Shown piece after piece: positions 47,119 to 56,454 of a DNA stretch of 64,000 bases. Under the pieces are notes generated by a model, which ran no database searches, was not told where the DNA came from, and worked only from the letters and a program-made list of their open reading frames with translations. The stretch is from an uncultured Chloroflexia bacterium. Lineage in GTDB: Bacteria > Chloroflexota > Limnocylindria > Limnocylindrales > CSP1-4. The stretch spans positions 1,579,095-1,643,094 of the forward strand of contig CAVTAW010000001.1 in the NCBI GenBank assembly GCA_963732805.1, read 5' to 3'. Positions within the stretch are counted from its first letter, which is position 1. Each line of letters starts with the position of its first letter. The position numbers and the translations under genes were made by a program.

Positions 47119-49059
47119 TTGAACGCAAAATTCCTGCGCAACGGGATCGTGATGCTCGTCCTCGTGGCGGGCACGGTCGCGTTGCTCTACACCGTCGTCA
47201 GCTCGTCCACGCCGACGACCTCGTTTGGCTACTCGCAGTTCTACGCCGACGTCAAGGCAGGCAGCGTCAGCAAGGTCGTCCAGGACGGGGAGACGCTCAC
47301 CGTCACCAAGACCAACGGTGACATCTACTCGGTGATCGTGCCCAACTCGATCACCGGCAACGTATGGGACGACATGCAGCGGGCGGCCCTCCAGGGCAAC
47401 GTCACGCTGGGCCAGGAGAGCTTCTTCAAGAAGCCGACCTCGGACAACTCGTGGATCGGCCTGCTGCTCACGGGCCTGCTGCCGCTGCTCGTGATCGGCG
47501 GCTTCATCTTCTTCATGATGCGCCAGGCCCAGGGCACCAACAACCAGGCCCTCAGCTTCGGCAAGAGCCGGGCGCGCATGTTCCTGGGCAACAAGACCGT
47601 GGTCACGTTCGCCGACGTCGCCGGCGTTGACGAGGCCAAGACGGAGCTCCAGGAGGTCGTGGAGTTCCTCAAGTACCCCGAGAAGTTCAACTCGCTGGGC
47701 GCGCGGATCCCGCGTGGCGTGCTGCTGGTCGGGCCTCCGGGCACCGGCAAGACGCTGATGGCTCGCGCGGTCGCCGGCGAGGCCGGGGTTCCCTTCTTCA
47801 GCATCTCCGGCTCCGAGTTCGTCGAGATGTTCGTGGGCGTCGGCGCCAGCCGCGTCCGCGACCTGTTCGACCAGGCGAAGCGCAACAGCCCGTGCATCGT
47901 GTTCGTGGACGAGATCGACGCCGTCGGCCGGCAGCGGGGCGCGGGCCTGGGCGGCAGCCACGACGAGCGCGAGCAGACCCTCAACCAGATCCTGGTCGAG
48001 ATGGACGGCTTCGACACCAACACCAACGTCATCGTCGTCGCCGCCACCAACCGCCCCGACGTCCTCGACCCGGCGCTCCTGCGCCCGGGCCGGTTCGATC
48101 GCCAGGTGATCCTCGACCGCCCGGACATGCGGGGACGCGTCGCGATCCTCAAGGTCCACACCAAGGGCAAGCCGCTCGACAAGGGCATCGTGGTCGAGGA
48201 GATCGCGCGCCAGTCGCCCGGCTTCTCGGGCGCCGACCTGGCCAACCTCGTGAACGAGGCCGCCATCCTGTCCGCCCGGCGCAACAAGAAGGTCATCGGG
48301 ATGAACGAGTTCTCCGAGGCCCTCGAGCGCATCGTCGCGGGTCCCGAGCGCAAGAGCCGGGTCATCTCGGACGAAGAGAAGAAGATCATCGCCTACCACG
48401 AGGGCGGACACGCCGTCGTGCAGCGGATCCTGCCCAAGTGCGATCCGGTCGCGAAGGTCACGGTCATCAGTCGCGGCATGGCCCTCGGCTACACGATGGC
48501 GCTGCCGACCGAGGACCGGTACCTCCAGAGCAAGACCGAGTTCGAGGACAAGATCGCCGGCCTGCTGGGTGGCAACGTCTCCGAGCGGCTGGTGTTCGGC
48601 GACACGACGACCGGCGCCAGCAACGACATCGAGAAGGCGACCGACCTCGCCCGCCGCATGGTCACCGAGTTCGGCATGAGCGACCGGCTCGGGCCGCTCT
48701 CGTTCGGCAAGCGTGACGAGCTGGTGTTCCTGGGCCGGGAGATCGGCGAGCAGCGCAACTACTCGGACGAGGTCGCAAAGCAGATCGACGAGGAGGTTCG
48801 GGCGATCATCGACCGCGCCTACGATCGGGCGACCGAGGTCCTGACCTCGCATCGTGACCGGCTCGACCGCCTGGCCGAGAAGCTGATCGCCGAGGAGACG
48901 GTCGACTCCGAGGAGTTCGAGAAGCTGTTCGACGACCTGCCGCCCAAGCCGACCCGCCAGGCCGGGATCCCGCGCGTCATCGCGCCCGGCACCGACGGCG
49001 GCAGCTCCGGGCCGGGGCCGGCGACGCCCGCGCCCAATCCCTCGCCGCAGCCGGCCTGA
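47119..49059 (+). CDS. ftsH: ATP-dependent zinc metalloprotease FtsH
   Basis: 646 aa. It has two N-terminal TMs, Walker A GPPGTGKT, Walker B IVFVDEID, the SRH motif, and the zinc motif HEGGHAV. TTG start follows GGAGG. Confidence 0.95.
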   Translation: MNAKFLRNGIVMLVLVAGTVALLYTVVSSSTPTTSFGYSQFYADVKAGSVSKVVQDGETLTVTKTNGDIYSVIVPNSITGNVWDDMQRAALQGNVTLGQESFFKKPTSDNSWIGLLLTGLLPLLVIGGFIFFMMRQAQGTNNQALSFGKSRARMFLGNKTVVTFADVAGVDEAKTELQEVVEFLKYPEKFNSLGARIPRGVLLVGPPGTGKTLMARAVAGEAGVPFFSISGSEFVEMFVGVGASRVRDLFDQAKRNSPCIVFVDEIDAVGRQRGAGLGGSHDEREQTLNQILVEMDGFDTNTNVIVVAATNRPDVLDPALLRPGRFDRQVILDRPDMRGRVAILKVHTKGKPLDKGIVVEEIARQSPGFSGADLANLVNEAAILSARRNKKVIGMNEFSEALERIVAGPERKSRVISDEEKKIIAYHEGGHAVVQRILPKCDPVAKVTVISRGMALGYTMALPTEDRYLQSKTEFEDKIAGLLGGNVSERLVFGDTTTGASNDIEKATDLARRMVTEFGMSDRLGPLSFGKRDELVFLGREIGEQRNYSDEVAKQIDEEVRAIIDRAYDRATEVLTSHRDRLDRLAEKLIAEETVDSEEFEKLFDDLPPKPTRQAGIPRVIAPGTDGGSSGPGPATPAPNPSPQPA

Positions 49060-49112
49060 AACCCGGGCCGAGGGCCGGCCGCACGGTCGAGCCGAGCATC
49101 GAGACGTGATTC

Positions 49113-49146
49113 GAAGGGCGGACCACACGGTCCGCCCTTCTTCGTG
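49113..49146 (+). terminator. Rho-independent-type terminator of ftsH
   Basis: It has a 12-bp stem GAAGGGCGGACC / GGTCCGCCCTTC with loop ACAC, followed by TTCGTG. Confidence 0.6.
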
Positions 49147-49214
49147 TGCGGCGCTCGCCGGGCGGGCATGCCCGCGCTACGATCGGGTGATCGCCCGCCT
49201 TCAACGGAGATCCG

Positions 49215-50627
49215 ATGACTGATCAACCCGCCGCACCCCAGTCGTCCCCGATCGATCCGGCGGTCGAATCCGCCCTCCAGGCGTCGTGGAGCGAACGCGC
49301 GGGCGCCCTGCTCGAGCTTGCGCGGATCCCCAGCATCTCGGCTCTGCCGGAGCATGCGGGCGACATGGTCACGGCGGCGGAATGGATCGCGAACCGGCTG
49401 CGGGGTGTCGGGGCGACCGAGGTCGAGGTCGCGCCAACCGCCCTCCATCCGATCGTGTACGGCCGGGTCCACGAGGCCCCGGGTGCGCCCACGGTGCTCC
49501 TCTACTGCCACTACGACGTCCAGCCGGTCGACCCGGTGGACCTGTGGGAGACGTCGCCGTTCGAGCCGTTCCTGCGCGACGACCGGTTCGTCGGCCGCGG
49601 CGTCGCCGACGACAAGGGTCAGCTCGTCATGCACCTCTCGGCGCTGGAGGCGCTGCGGGCGGCCGGACGGGCACCGGCCGTGAACCTGACCTTCGTGTTC
49701 GAGGGCGAGGAGGAGTACGGCTCCGACAGCCTGTACACGTGGATCGAGGACAACCGGGAGCGTCTCGCGGCGGACGTGGCCGTGATCAGCGACACCGGGT
49801 TCTTCGAGGGCAACCTGCCCGCGATCACGGTCGGGCTGCGGGGCATCATGTTCGCCCAGATCGACGTCGAGCTGTCGCCGGTGGACCTCCACTCGGGCAT
49901 GTACGGGGGCGCGGTGGAGAACCCGGCCAATGCCCTTGCCGCGATCATCGCCGCGCTCAAGGCGCCCGACGGGCGGGTCCGGATCCCCGGCTTCTACGAC
50001 GACGTCGTGCCGCTCACGCCGGACGAGCGCCGGGCGATGGCCGCGCTGCCGTTCGACGAGGAGGCGTTTCGCGCCGAGATCCCGGTTCCCGCGCTCGCCG
50101 GCGAGGCGGGCTGGACGGTGCTGGAACGGAAGACGGCACGACCCACGCTGGACGTGAACGGCATCTGGAGCGGCTTCCAGGGTGAGGGCGCCAAGACGAT
50201 CATCCCGGCCCACGCCCACGCGAAGGTGTCCACCCGCCTGGTCGCGAACCAGGATCCGCGGCGGGTGTTCGAGGCGCTGCGCGACTACGTGGCGCAGATC
50301 GCGCCGCCGGGGGTGCGAACCTCCACCCGGTACATCCATGGCGGCCAGCCGAGCCTGACGCCGACCGATCACCCGGCGACGCAGGCCGCGGCACGAGCCC
50401 TGCGCGCGGTCTACGGGACGGATCCCGTCTACATCCGGGAGGGCGGTTCGATCCCGGTGACGGCGGCCTTCGACCACACGCTGGGCCTGCCGGTCGTGCT
50501 GCTCGGCTTCGTCCAGCCGACCTGCAACGCGCACGCTCCCAACGAGTGGCTCCTGGTCGACAACTTCGAGCGCGGGACGCGGGTGATCGTCCGCCTCTGG
50601 GACGAGCTGGCCGGGCTGCCGAGCTGA
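49215..50627 (+). CDS. M20/M25/M40-family dipeptidase
   Basis: 470 aa with motifs LLYCHYDVQP, GRGVADDKGQ, FEGEEEYGS and a C-terminal NAHAPNEW. Confidence 0.85.
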   Translation: MTDQPAAPQSSPIDPAVESALQASWSERAGALLELARIPSISALPEHAGDMVTAAEWIANRLRGVGATEVEVAPTALHPIVYGRVHEAPGAPTVLLYCHYDVQPVDPVDLWETSPFEPFLRDDRFVGRGVADDKGQLVMHLSALEALRAAGRAPAVNLTFVFEGEEEYGSDSLYTWIEDNRERLAADVAVISDTGFFEGNLPAITVGLRGIMFAQIDVELSPVDLHSGMYGGAVENPANALAAIIAALKAPDGRVRIPGFYDDVVPLTPDERRAMAALPFDEEAFRAEIPVPALAGEAGWTVLERKTARPTLDVNGIWSGFQGEGAKTIIPAHAHAKVSTRLVANQDPRRVFEALRDYVAQIAPPGVRTSTRYIHGGQPSLTPTDHPATQAAARALRAVYGTDPVYIREGGSIPVTAAFDHTLGLPVVLLGFVQPTCNAHAPNEWLLVDNFERGTRVIVRLWDELAGLPS

Positions 50628-50661
50628 GGTCGCCCACGGGGTAAGCCCTCGGGTGGTGCGT

Positions 50662-50778
50662 GGTCGCCCGCTGGGCGTCCCGTGGCCGCCCGCTCGGGGT
50701 CGCGCGGTCGCCTGCACGGGGTCGCGCGGTCGCCCGCTGGGCGTCCCGTGGCCGCCCGCTCGGGGTCGCGCGGTCGCC
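50662..50778. repeat. Exact 51-nt direct duplication (50662-50712 and 50728-50778) separated by 15 nt; built from GGTCGCC-type sub-motifs
   Basis: I compared the copies base by base. It lies in the intergenic region between the dipeptidase and the DnaB-like gene. Confidence 0.75.
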
Positions 50779-50908
50779 CGACCTGCTTCGAGACCCGGCT
50801 CCGACCCCGTACCTTCGGCGCATCGGTGGGGGCAGGACGGGTGACTGCACGCCCGGAGCCCGGTGCTAGGATGCACCCACGGTATCGCTGGCGGGAGGTT
50901 GGTTCCAG

Positions 50909-51979
50909 GTGACGACGGACACGGGGGAAGCGGCGCGGGCGACGTGGCGGCTCGATGGGCCGAACGGCAGCATGACGCCGCGCTCGGCGATCGAAGTGCT
51001 CGTCGACCTCAACGACAAGGTCACGGCGGGCAACGTGGGCGAGTACCAGCCGGTGCCGCTCGGGTTCACGCCGCTGGACAAGACGATCGGCACCGGGCTG
51101 CGCGCGGGCGAGCTGCTGCTGATCGGCGGCGCGCAGGGCACCGGCAAGACGACCATGGCGCTCCAGATGGCACGCAACGTGGCGTCCGGCGGCCAGGCCA
51201 ACGTCCTGTACGTGTGCTTCGAGCACGATGAGCTGTACCTGCTCAACCGGCTGATCGCGGCGGAGTCCGCCCTCGCGCACCTGCCGCACAAGACCGGCGC
51301 GATCAAGATCCAGGATGTGCGCAAGGAGATCCTCGGCACGTGGATGGCCGAGGGCGGCGACGCGGCCCAGCTGGCCGCCAACCCGCGCCTGCGCCCCTCT
51401 CTCGACCGGATCGCCCGCTACGGGCAGAACCTGTTCCTGATGCGCGGCAGCCAGACCGCGAGCACGGTCGACGGCCTGCGCCAGCTGATCCGCCAGCACC
51501 GCGAGCTCTCGGGCGACCGCCGGTTGATGGTCGTCGTGGACTACATGCAGAAGGTGCCGGTCATCCCCGAGCCGCCGACCGAGACCGAGAAGGTCACGTT
51601 CGTCATCAACGGCCTCAAGGACATCGCCCTGTCCGAGGACGTTCCGATGATCGCGATCGTCGCGGCAGACAAGGAGGGCCTCAAGGCGTCGCGGCTGCGC
51701 AACTACCACCTGCGCGGCTCGTCGGCGATCAACTACGAGGCCGACATCATCCTGATCCTCAACGAGAAGTACAACATCGTCGCCAAGGTGAACATCGAGT
51801 TCAACCCGTACCAGGCGCAGCGGTTCCGCGACTGGGTCATCGTGTCGGTCGAGAAGAACCGTGGGGGCCAGGATGCCGTCGACCTCGAGTTCGAGAAGCA
51901 CTTCGAGTTCTCCTGCTTCGACCCCAACGGTCGGACGGTGCAGGAGAAGCTGATCGAGGAGCGCCTCTACAACGACTGA
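50909..51979 (+). CDS. DnaB-C-terminal-domain-only RecA-fold ATPase (DnaB/KaiC/RadA-like), no N-terminal helicase or primase-interaction domain
   Basis: 356 aa with Walker A GGAQGTGKTT and Walker B LMVVVDYMQK. IVAADKEGL and LRGSSAINYEADIILIL are typical of DnaB_C. GTG follows GGAGG, and TAGGAT lies at 50867-50872. Confidence 0.75.
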   Translation: MTTDTGEAARATWRLDGPNGSMTPRSAIEVLVDLNDKVTAGNVGEYQPVPLGFTPLDKTIGTGLRAGELLLIGGAQGTGKTTMALQMARNVASGGQANVLYVCFEHDELYLLNRLIAAESALAHLPHKTGAIKIQDVRKEILGTWMAEGGDAAQLAANPRLRPSLDRIARYGQNLFLMRGSQTASTVDGLRQLIRQHRELSGDRRLMVVVDYMQKVPVIPEPPTETEKVTFVINGLKDIALSEDVPMIAIVAADKEGLKASRLRNYHLRGSSAINYEADIILILNEKYNIVAKVNIEFNPYQAQRFRDWVIVSVEKNRGGQDAVDLEFEKHFEFSCFDPNGRTVQEKLIEERLYND

Positions 51980-51982
51980 GGC

Positions 51983-52068
51983 GGGTACCGGGCGCCGCTC
52001 CCCACGGGTACCGGGCGCCGCTTCCCACCTGTGGCGTCGCCACCTGTGGCGTCTCCGCCCGTGGCGCA
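51983..52068. repeat. Tandem repeats: 23-nt unit x2 (GGGTACCGGGCGCCGCTYCCCAC), then a 15-nt unit x2.5 (CTGTGGCGTCNCC)
   Basis: Read directly. The array begins 4 nt after the DnaB-like stop codon. Confidence 0.7.
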
Positions 52069-52224
52069 TATCGTGTCCTGCCGCTCCTCACGTGCGCTCG
52101 ATCGCGCCCATGGATCGGGGGACGAGCGATCCAGCGGTTGATGCAGGTCGGCTGCCGCCGGAACCGCTGAGCGGCTCGCGTGCGGAGCGAACCACCGGAC
52201 CACGGCCACCGCATCCGCCCGATG

Positions 52225-52430
52225 GCTCGCCCAGAGAGCAGCCGACGATGCGAACCGCCGCAGTGCTCGCCCAGCGAGCAGCCGACGATGCGAACCGCCG
52301 CAGTGCTCGCCCAGCGAGCCAGGCCGACCCGGGAACCGCCAAGTGGCTCGCCCGGCGAGCAGCGCGCAGCGCGGCCGCCCCGATGGCTCGCCCGGTGAGC
52401 AGCGCTCCGGTGCCACCCGGCGAGCGGCGC
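52225..52430. repeat. Five tandem ~40-nt units, each headed by the hairpin motif GCTCGC-CCR-GNGAGC; units 1-2 differ at 1 nt, units 3-5 diverge after the hairpin
   Basis: GCTCGC occurs at 52225, 52265, 52305, 52346 and 52386, giving periods of 40, 40, 41 and 40. The region is noncoding by composition, and only shadow ORFs cover it. Confidence 0.8.
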
Positions 52431-52557
52431 GCCCCGGTGCCCCCTCCCCGCGGGAGGACTCATCCGGGGGGACGGCCCCTCGGCGCGGGACGCCCGCTGC
52501 CGTCGCCCGATGCCGTCGCCCGCTGCCGTCGGGCGTCGTCGCGCTATTGTTCAGCGC

Positions 52558-53076
52558 ATGAGCAGTGCGCACCGCGATGCCTTCCCGGACGTCGTCGAGA
52601 TCGTGGTTGAGATCCCGCGTGGGAGCCGCAACAAGTACGAGTTCGACGAGACGGCCGGCGTGTTTCGCCTGGACCGTGTCCTCTCCTCGGCCGTGTTCTA
52701 CAACTTCGACTACGGGTTCATCGAGGGCACGCGCGCCGACGACGGCGACCACACCGATGCGCTGCTGGTGATCGACGAGCCCACGTTCACGGGCTGTCAC
52801 GTCTGGGCGCGCCCGATCGGTGGGCTCGAGATGCGCGACGAGAAGGGGTTCGACTTCAAGGTGCTGTGCGTGGCCCTGGGCGATCCCCACCAGCAGCACA
52901 TCGAACGCCTGGAGCAGATGCGGCCGCATCGCCTGGTGGAGATGGAGCACTTCTTCGAGACCTACAAGTTGCTGGAGAACAAGGCGGTGGACATGGTCGG
53001 CTGGCGCGACCGTGACCGGGCGCTCGAGGTGCTCGCCCTCGATCGCTCCCGCTTCACGCGCGAGCACGGTGGCTGA
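52558..53076 (+). CDS. ppa: Inorganic pyrophosphatase (family I)
   Basis: VEIPRGSRNKYEFD, DGDHTDALLV and the KVL region are present. TATTGT lies 7 nt before the ATG at 52558, so it is probably leaderless. Confidence 0.9.
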   Translation: MSSAHRDAFPDVVEIVVEIPRGSRNKYEFDETAGVFRLDRVLSSAVFYNFDYGFIEGTRADDGDHTDALLVIDEPTFTGCHVWARPIGGLEMRDEKGFDFKVLCVALGDPHQQHIERLEQMRPHRLVEMEHFFETYKLLENKAVDMVGWRDRDRALEVLALDRSRFTREHGG

Positions 53077-53656
53077 CGGGTCCCTGCGCCTGTTCGTTGC
53101 CGTCCCGGTGCCACCGGACGCGCTCGATGCGTGCCGGGCGCTGATCGAAGGCGTGCGTTCCGGACCCGCCGGCGGAGGGACGCGCTGGGTGCGCCTGGAG
53201 AACCTGCACCTGACGGTGCGCTTCCTGGGCGCGACCCCACCCGATCTGGTCCCGTCCGTCGTCAGGGTGGCGCGCCAGGCGGCGCTGGCGGCTGCACCGT
53301 TCGAGGTCCGCCTGGCGGGAGCCGGTGCCTTCCCGGCTGCCCGCAGGCCTCGTGCGCTGTGGATCGGCATCACCCGCGGATCCGACGAGCTCGGTGCGCT
53401 GGCCCGGGCGATGGACGCCGGGCTCACGCCCCTCGGCTGGCCACCCGAGTCCCGTCCGTACCGGCCACACCTGACGGTTGCCCGCACGGACGCCGCGGGC
53501 GCAGTCGGCGCGTCGGCAGCGGCGCTGGCCCTTGAATCCGCCGCCAGGGACTGGCACACGGCGTTCGTCGCCGGCGAGATCGTGCTGTACCAGAGCCTCC
53601 TGCGGGCCGGTCCGCCGCGGTATGAACCCCTGGAGACGATCGCACTCGGCGGTTGA
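53069..53656 (+). CDS. thpR: RNA 2',3'-cyclic phosphodiesterase (2H family, ThpR/LigT)
   Basis: It has two HxT motifs (HLTVRF, HLTVAR) at the right spacing. GTG 53069 overlaps the ppa end by 8 nt. Confidence 0.8.
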   Translation: MADGSLRLFVAVPVPPDALDACRALIEGVRSGPAGGGTRWVRLENLHLTVRFLGATPPDLVPSVVRVARQAALAAAPFEVRLAGAGAFPAARRPRALWIGITRGSDELGALARAMDAGLTPLGWPPESRPYRPHLTVARTDAAGAVGASAAALALESAARDWHTAFVAGEIVLYQSLLRAGPPRYEPLETIALGG

Positions 53657-53728
53657 TGCGGTACGCTCCTGCTCGCGTTCTGATCGCACAGCCCGCGCCC
53701 AGGCTGACAACCCGGAGGATCCCCCGCG

Positions 53729-55102
53729 ATGGCCAACGCCGCTTCCCGACGGACCCAGTTCGTGCTCGACGAGGATCGGATCCCCCGGACCTGGTACAAC
53801 ATCGCGGCCGACCTGCCGACCCCGCTGTCGCCGCCGCTGCATCCGGTCACGATGCAGCCGATCGGGCCGGCCGACCTGGCGCCGCTGTTCCCGATGGGCC
53901 TGATCCTCCAGGAGGTCAGCGCGGAGCGCGAGATCGAGATCCCGGGACCGGTCCGCGACGCCTATGCCATGTACCGGCCGTCGCCGCTCCATCGGGCCCA
54001 CCGGCTGGAGGCTGCCCTCGATACGCCGGCGCACATCTACTACAAGTACGAGGGCACCAGCCCCGCCGGCAGCCACAAGCCGAACACGGCGCTGGCCCAG
54101 GCCTTCTTCAACAAGGAGGAGGGTGTCAAGCGCCTGGCGACGGAGACCGGGGCGGGGCAGTGGGGGAGCGCCCTGGCGTTCGCGGGCGCGGTGTTCGGCC
54201 TCGAGGTCAAGGTCTACATGGTCCGGGCGAGCTACGACCAGAAGCCGTACCGGCGGATCCTGATGGAAACCTACGGTGCGTCCGTCGTCCCCAGCCCGAG
54301 CCCGACCACCAACTACGGGCGTGCCGTCCTCGCGTCGACCCCGGATTCGCCGGGCTCGCTGGGCATGGCGATCAGCGAGGCCGTGGAGGACGCGGCCACC
54401 CGGGACGACACTAGGTACTCGCTGGGCTCCGTGCTCAACCACGTCCTGCTGCACCAGACCGTGGTGGGCAAGGAGGCGATGGAGCAGATGGCGATGGCCG
54501 GCGAGGAGCCGGACGTGATCATCGCCTGTGCCGGCGGTGGCTCCAACTTCGCCGGGCTGACGTTCCCGTTCGTGGGCCGCATGCTCCGGGGCGAGGCGAG
54601 CTACCGGGTGATCGCGGCCGAGCCCGAGGCGGCCCCGTCGCTCACCCGCGGCGTCTACGCATACGACTTCGGCGACACCGGCCACATGGCGCCGATCGTG
54701 AAGATGCACACGCTTGGCAGCGAGTTCATCCCCGAGCCGATCCATGCCGGCGGGCTCCGCTATCACGGCATGGCGCCGCTCGTGTCGCTGCTCAAGGAGC
54801 TGGGTGTGATCGATGCCCGCAGCGTCCACCAGCGCGCCTGCTTCGAGGCGGGCGTCCAGTTCGCCCGGACCGAGGGCATCCTGCCGGCGCCCGAGAGCAC
54901 CCACGCGATCCGCGTCGCCGTTGACGAGGCCCTCGAGGCCAGGGAAGCCGGCGAGCCGCGGGTGATCCTGTTCAACCTGTCGGGCCACGGCCATTTCGAC
55001 CTGTCCTCGTACGAGCGCTACCTCCAGGGAAGCCTCGAGGACTACGAGTACCCGGCCGAGAAGGTCGCCGCGGCGCTCGCCGACCTGCCCAAGGTCGGCT
55101 GA
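53729..55102 (+). CDS. trpB: TrpB-like PLP enzyme (tryptophan synthase beta chain 2, TrpB2 type)
   Basis: 457 aa with the PLP-Lys region [14 protein letters not shown] and GGGSNFAGL. The long N-terminal extension is typical of TrpB2. There is no trpA nearby. Confidence 0.85.
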   Translation: MANAASRRTQFVLDEDRIPRTWYNIAADLPTPLSPPLHPVTMQPIGPADLAPLFPMGLILQEVSAEREIEIPGPVRDAYAMYRPSPLHRAHRLEAALDTPAHIYYKYEGTSPAGSHKPNTALAQAFFNKEEGVKRLATETGAGQWGSALAFAGAVFGLEVKVYMVRASYDQKPYRRILMETYGASVVPSPSPTTNYGRAVLASTPDSPGSLGMAISEAVEDAATRDDTRYSLGSVLNHVLLHQTVVGKEAMEQMAMAGEEPDVIIACAGGGSNFAGLTFPFVGRMLRGEASYRVIAAEPEAAPSLTRGVYAYDFGDTGHMAPIVKMHTLGSEFIPEPIHAGGLRYHGMAPLVSLLKELGVIDARSVHQRACFEAGVQFARTEGILPAPESTHAIRVAVDEALEAREAGEPRVILFNLSGHGHFDLSSYERYLQGSLEDYEYPAEKVAAALADLPKVG

Positions 55103-55206
55103 CATCGCGGCGGACGCGCCGGGACAGGGGGAGCGCGATGCTGGTGACGCTCGACGGCGTCCCGCCCGATGATCGTGCTTCGGCCTGCGCCGGGTAGGAT
55201 GTCCAC

Positions 55207-55470
55207 GTGCCCAAGCTCGCCTGTCGTGCGTGTGGTCGCCAGATCTACACCGTCGCGCCGCTGGAGTCGCTGTTCGCCGAGGAGCGGCGATGCCCCCGCT
55301 GCGGCGAGTTCATGGACGCCGAGCGGCGCGAGACCGATCGCCGGCTGACCGTGCGCCGCCAGAACCCGCCCGACAAGCCGGGGCCGCCCGCGGAGACCGG
55401 CGAGCGTCGCGCCGGCGAGCGGCGGACGCGTCGGCGGCGCCAGACCGAGGGCGGCTGGACTGCACGCTGA
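55207..55470 (+). CDS. Hypothetical zinc-ribbon protein with Arg-rich tail (87 aa)
   Basis: The Cys pattern is CRACGRQ...CPRCGEF, followed by a basic tail with ERR/DRR repeats. TAGGAT (55195-55200) lies 6 nt before the GTG start. Confidence 0.5.
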   Translation: MPKLACRACGRQIYTVAPLESLFAEERRCPRCGEFMDAERRETDRRLTVRRQNPPDKPGPPAETGERRAGERRTRRRRQTEGGWTAR

Positions 55471-55569
55471 GCCACGCGCCGGCGCCCACGGGCACGATCA
55501 GGTCATGCGGTCCGCGGCCGTGCAGCGCGGGGCCATGACCTGACCCCTGTGGGCAGCGATAATCGCGCC

Positions 55570-56454
55570 ATGCGGGTGACGTTCCTCGGGCTCGGGCTGA
55601 TCGGTGGCTCGATCGCACGCGCCCTGCGCGCCGCCGACCCGGGCGCGGCGGGCTGGGAGCTGACTGCGTGGAGCCCCAACGGACGCGGGCCGGGGGAGGC
55701 TCGCGCCTCCGGCACCATCGATCGCGCGGCCGTGACCGCTGAGTCCGCGCTCGATGGCGCCGACCTGGTCGTGCTCGCGGCGCCACCGCTCGCGTGTGCG
55801 GCCCTGCTGGACCTGCTGGGAGACCAGTGGCGGGCGGAGCTGCCGGCGGGTGCGACCGTGACCGACGTGGCGTCGACGAAGGGTGCGCTCCGGCGTCGAG
55901 CCCTGCTCGCCGGCGTGCCGTATGTCGGTGGCCACCCCATGGCGGGCCGCGAGCGCAGCGGGTTTGCCGCCGGTGACCCGGACCTGTTCCGTGGGCGACC
56001 GTGGGTCATCACCGACGCGGTCGCCGGGGGCGATCCGGAACGGGTCAGCGAGCTGGCCGGGGCCTGCGGCGCCCACGTCGTCCGGCTCGATGCAGACGCG
56101 CACGACCGCCTGGTGGCGGCCATCAGCCACCTCCCGCTGCTCGCATCGGTCGCGCTCGTGGAGGCCGTGGCGGGGCGCCCACCGATGGTCGGAGAGGAGC
56201 TCGACCAGCCAACGCCTCACGACTGGGAGGACGCCATGGCCCTTGCGGCAAGCGGCTGGCGGGACACGACGCGGCTGGCCCGCGGGGACATCACGATGGG
56301 AGCCGAGATCGTGGCCACCAACGCTCCGGCCATCGCCGCGCGGCTGCGCACCTACCGCGATCGGCTGGACGAGTGGATCGCGCTGCTGGACGCGGCCGGG
56401 GACCGGACGCCGTGGCGGTCAGGGACCGGCTCGCCGCCGCTCGCTCGCGACTGA
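55570..56454 (+). CDS. tyrA: Prephenate dehydrogenase
   Basis: VTFLGLGLIGGSIA (Rossmann), DVASTK, GGHPMAG and HDRLVAAISHLP are present. GATAAT lies 6 nt before the ATG. The C-terminal 19 codons may be frameshifted, with an alternative end at 56465. Confidence 0.8.
   Translation: MRVTFLGLGLIGGSIARALRAADPGAAGWELTAWSPNGRGPGEARASGTIDRAAVTAESALDGADLVVLAAPPLACAALLDLLGDQWRAELPAGATVTDVASTKGALRRRALLAGVPYVGGHPMAGRERSGFAAGDPDLFRGRPWVITDAVAGGDPERVSELAGACGAHVVRLDADAHDRLVAAISHLPLLASVALVEAVAGRPPMVGEELDQPTPHDWEDAMALAASGWRDTTRLARGDITMGAEIVATNAPAIAARLRTYRDRLDEWIALLDAAGDRTPWRSGTGSPPLARD

Noticed and set aside
46781-47119. The tRNA-Met as an integration hotspot with an adjacent genomic island.
   Set aside because: There is no integrase, no direct repeat of the tRNA 3' end, and no compositional shift nearby. 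The flanking genes are a core-type membrane protein and ftsH.
52225-52430. A CRISPR array, suggested by regular ~40-nt periodicity and a conserved palindromic head.
   Set aside because: The conserved part is only about 18 nt and the variable parts about 22 nt. Units 1 and 2 are identical over their whole length apart from one base. There are no cas genes and no leader. It fits better as a tandem repeat or minisatellite.
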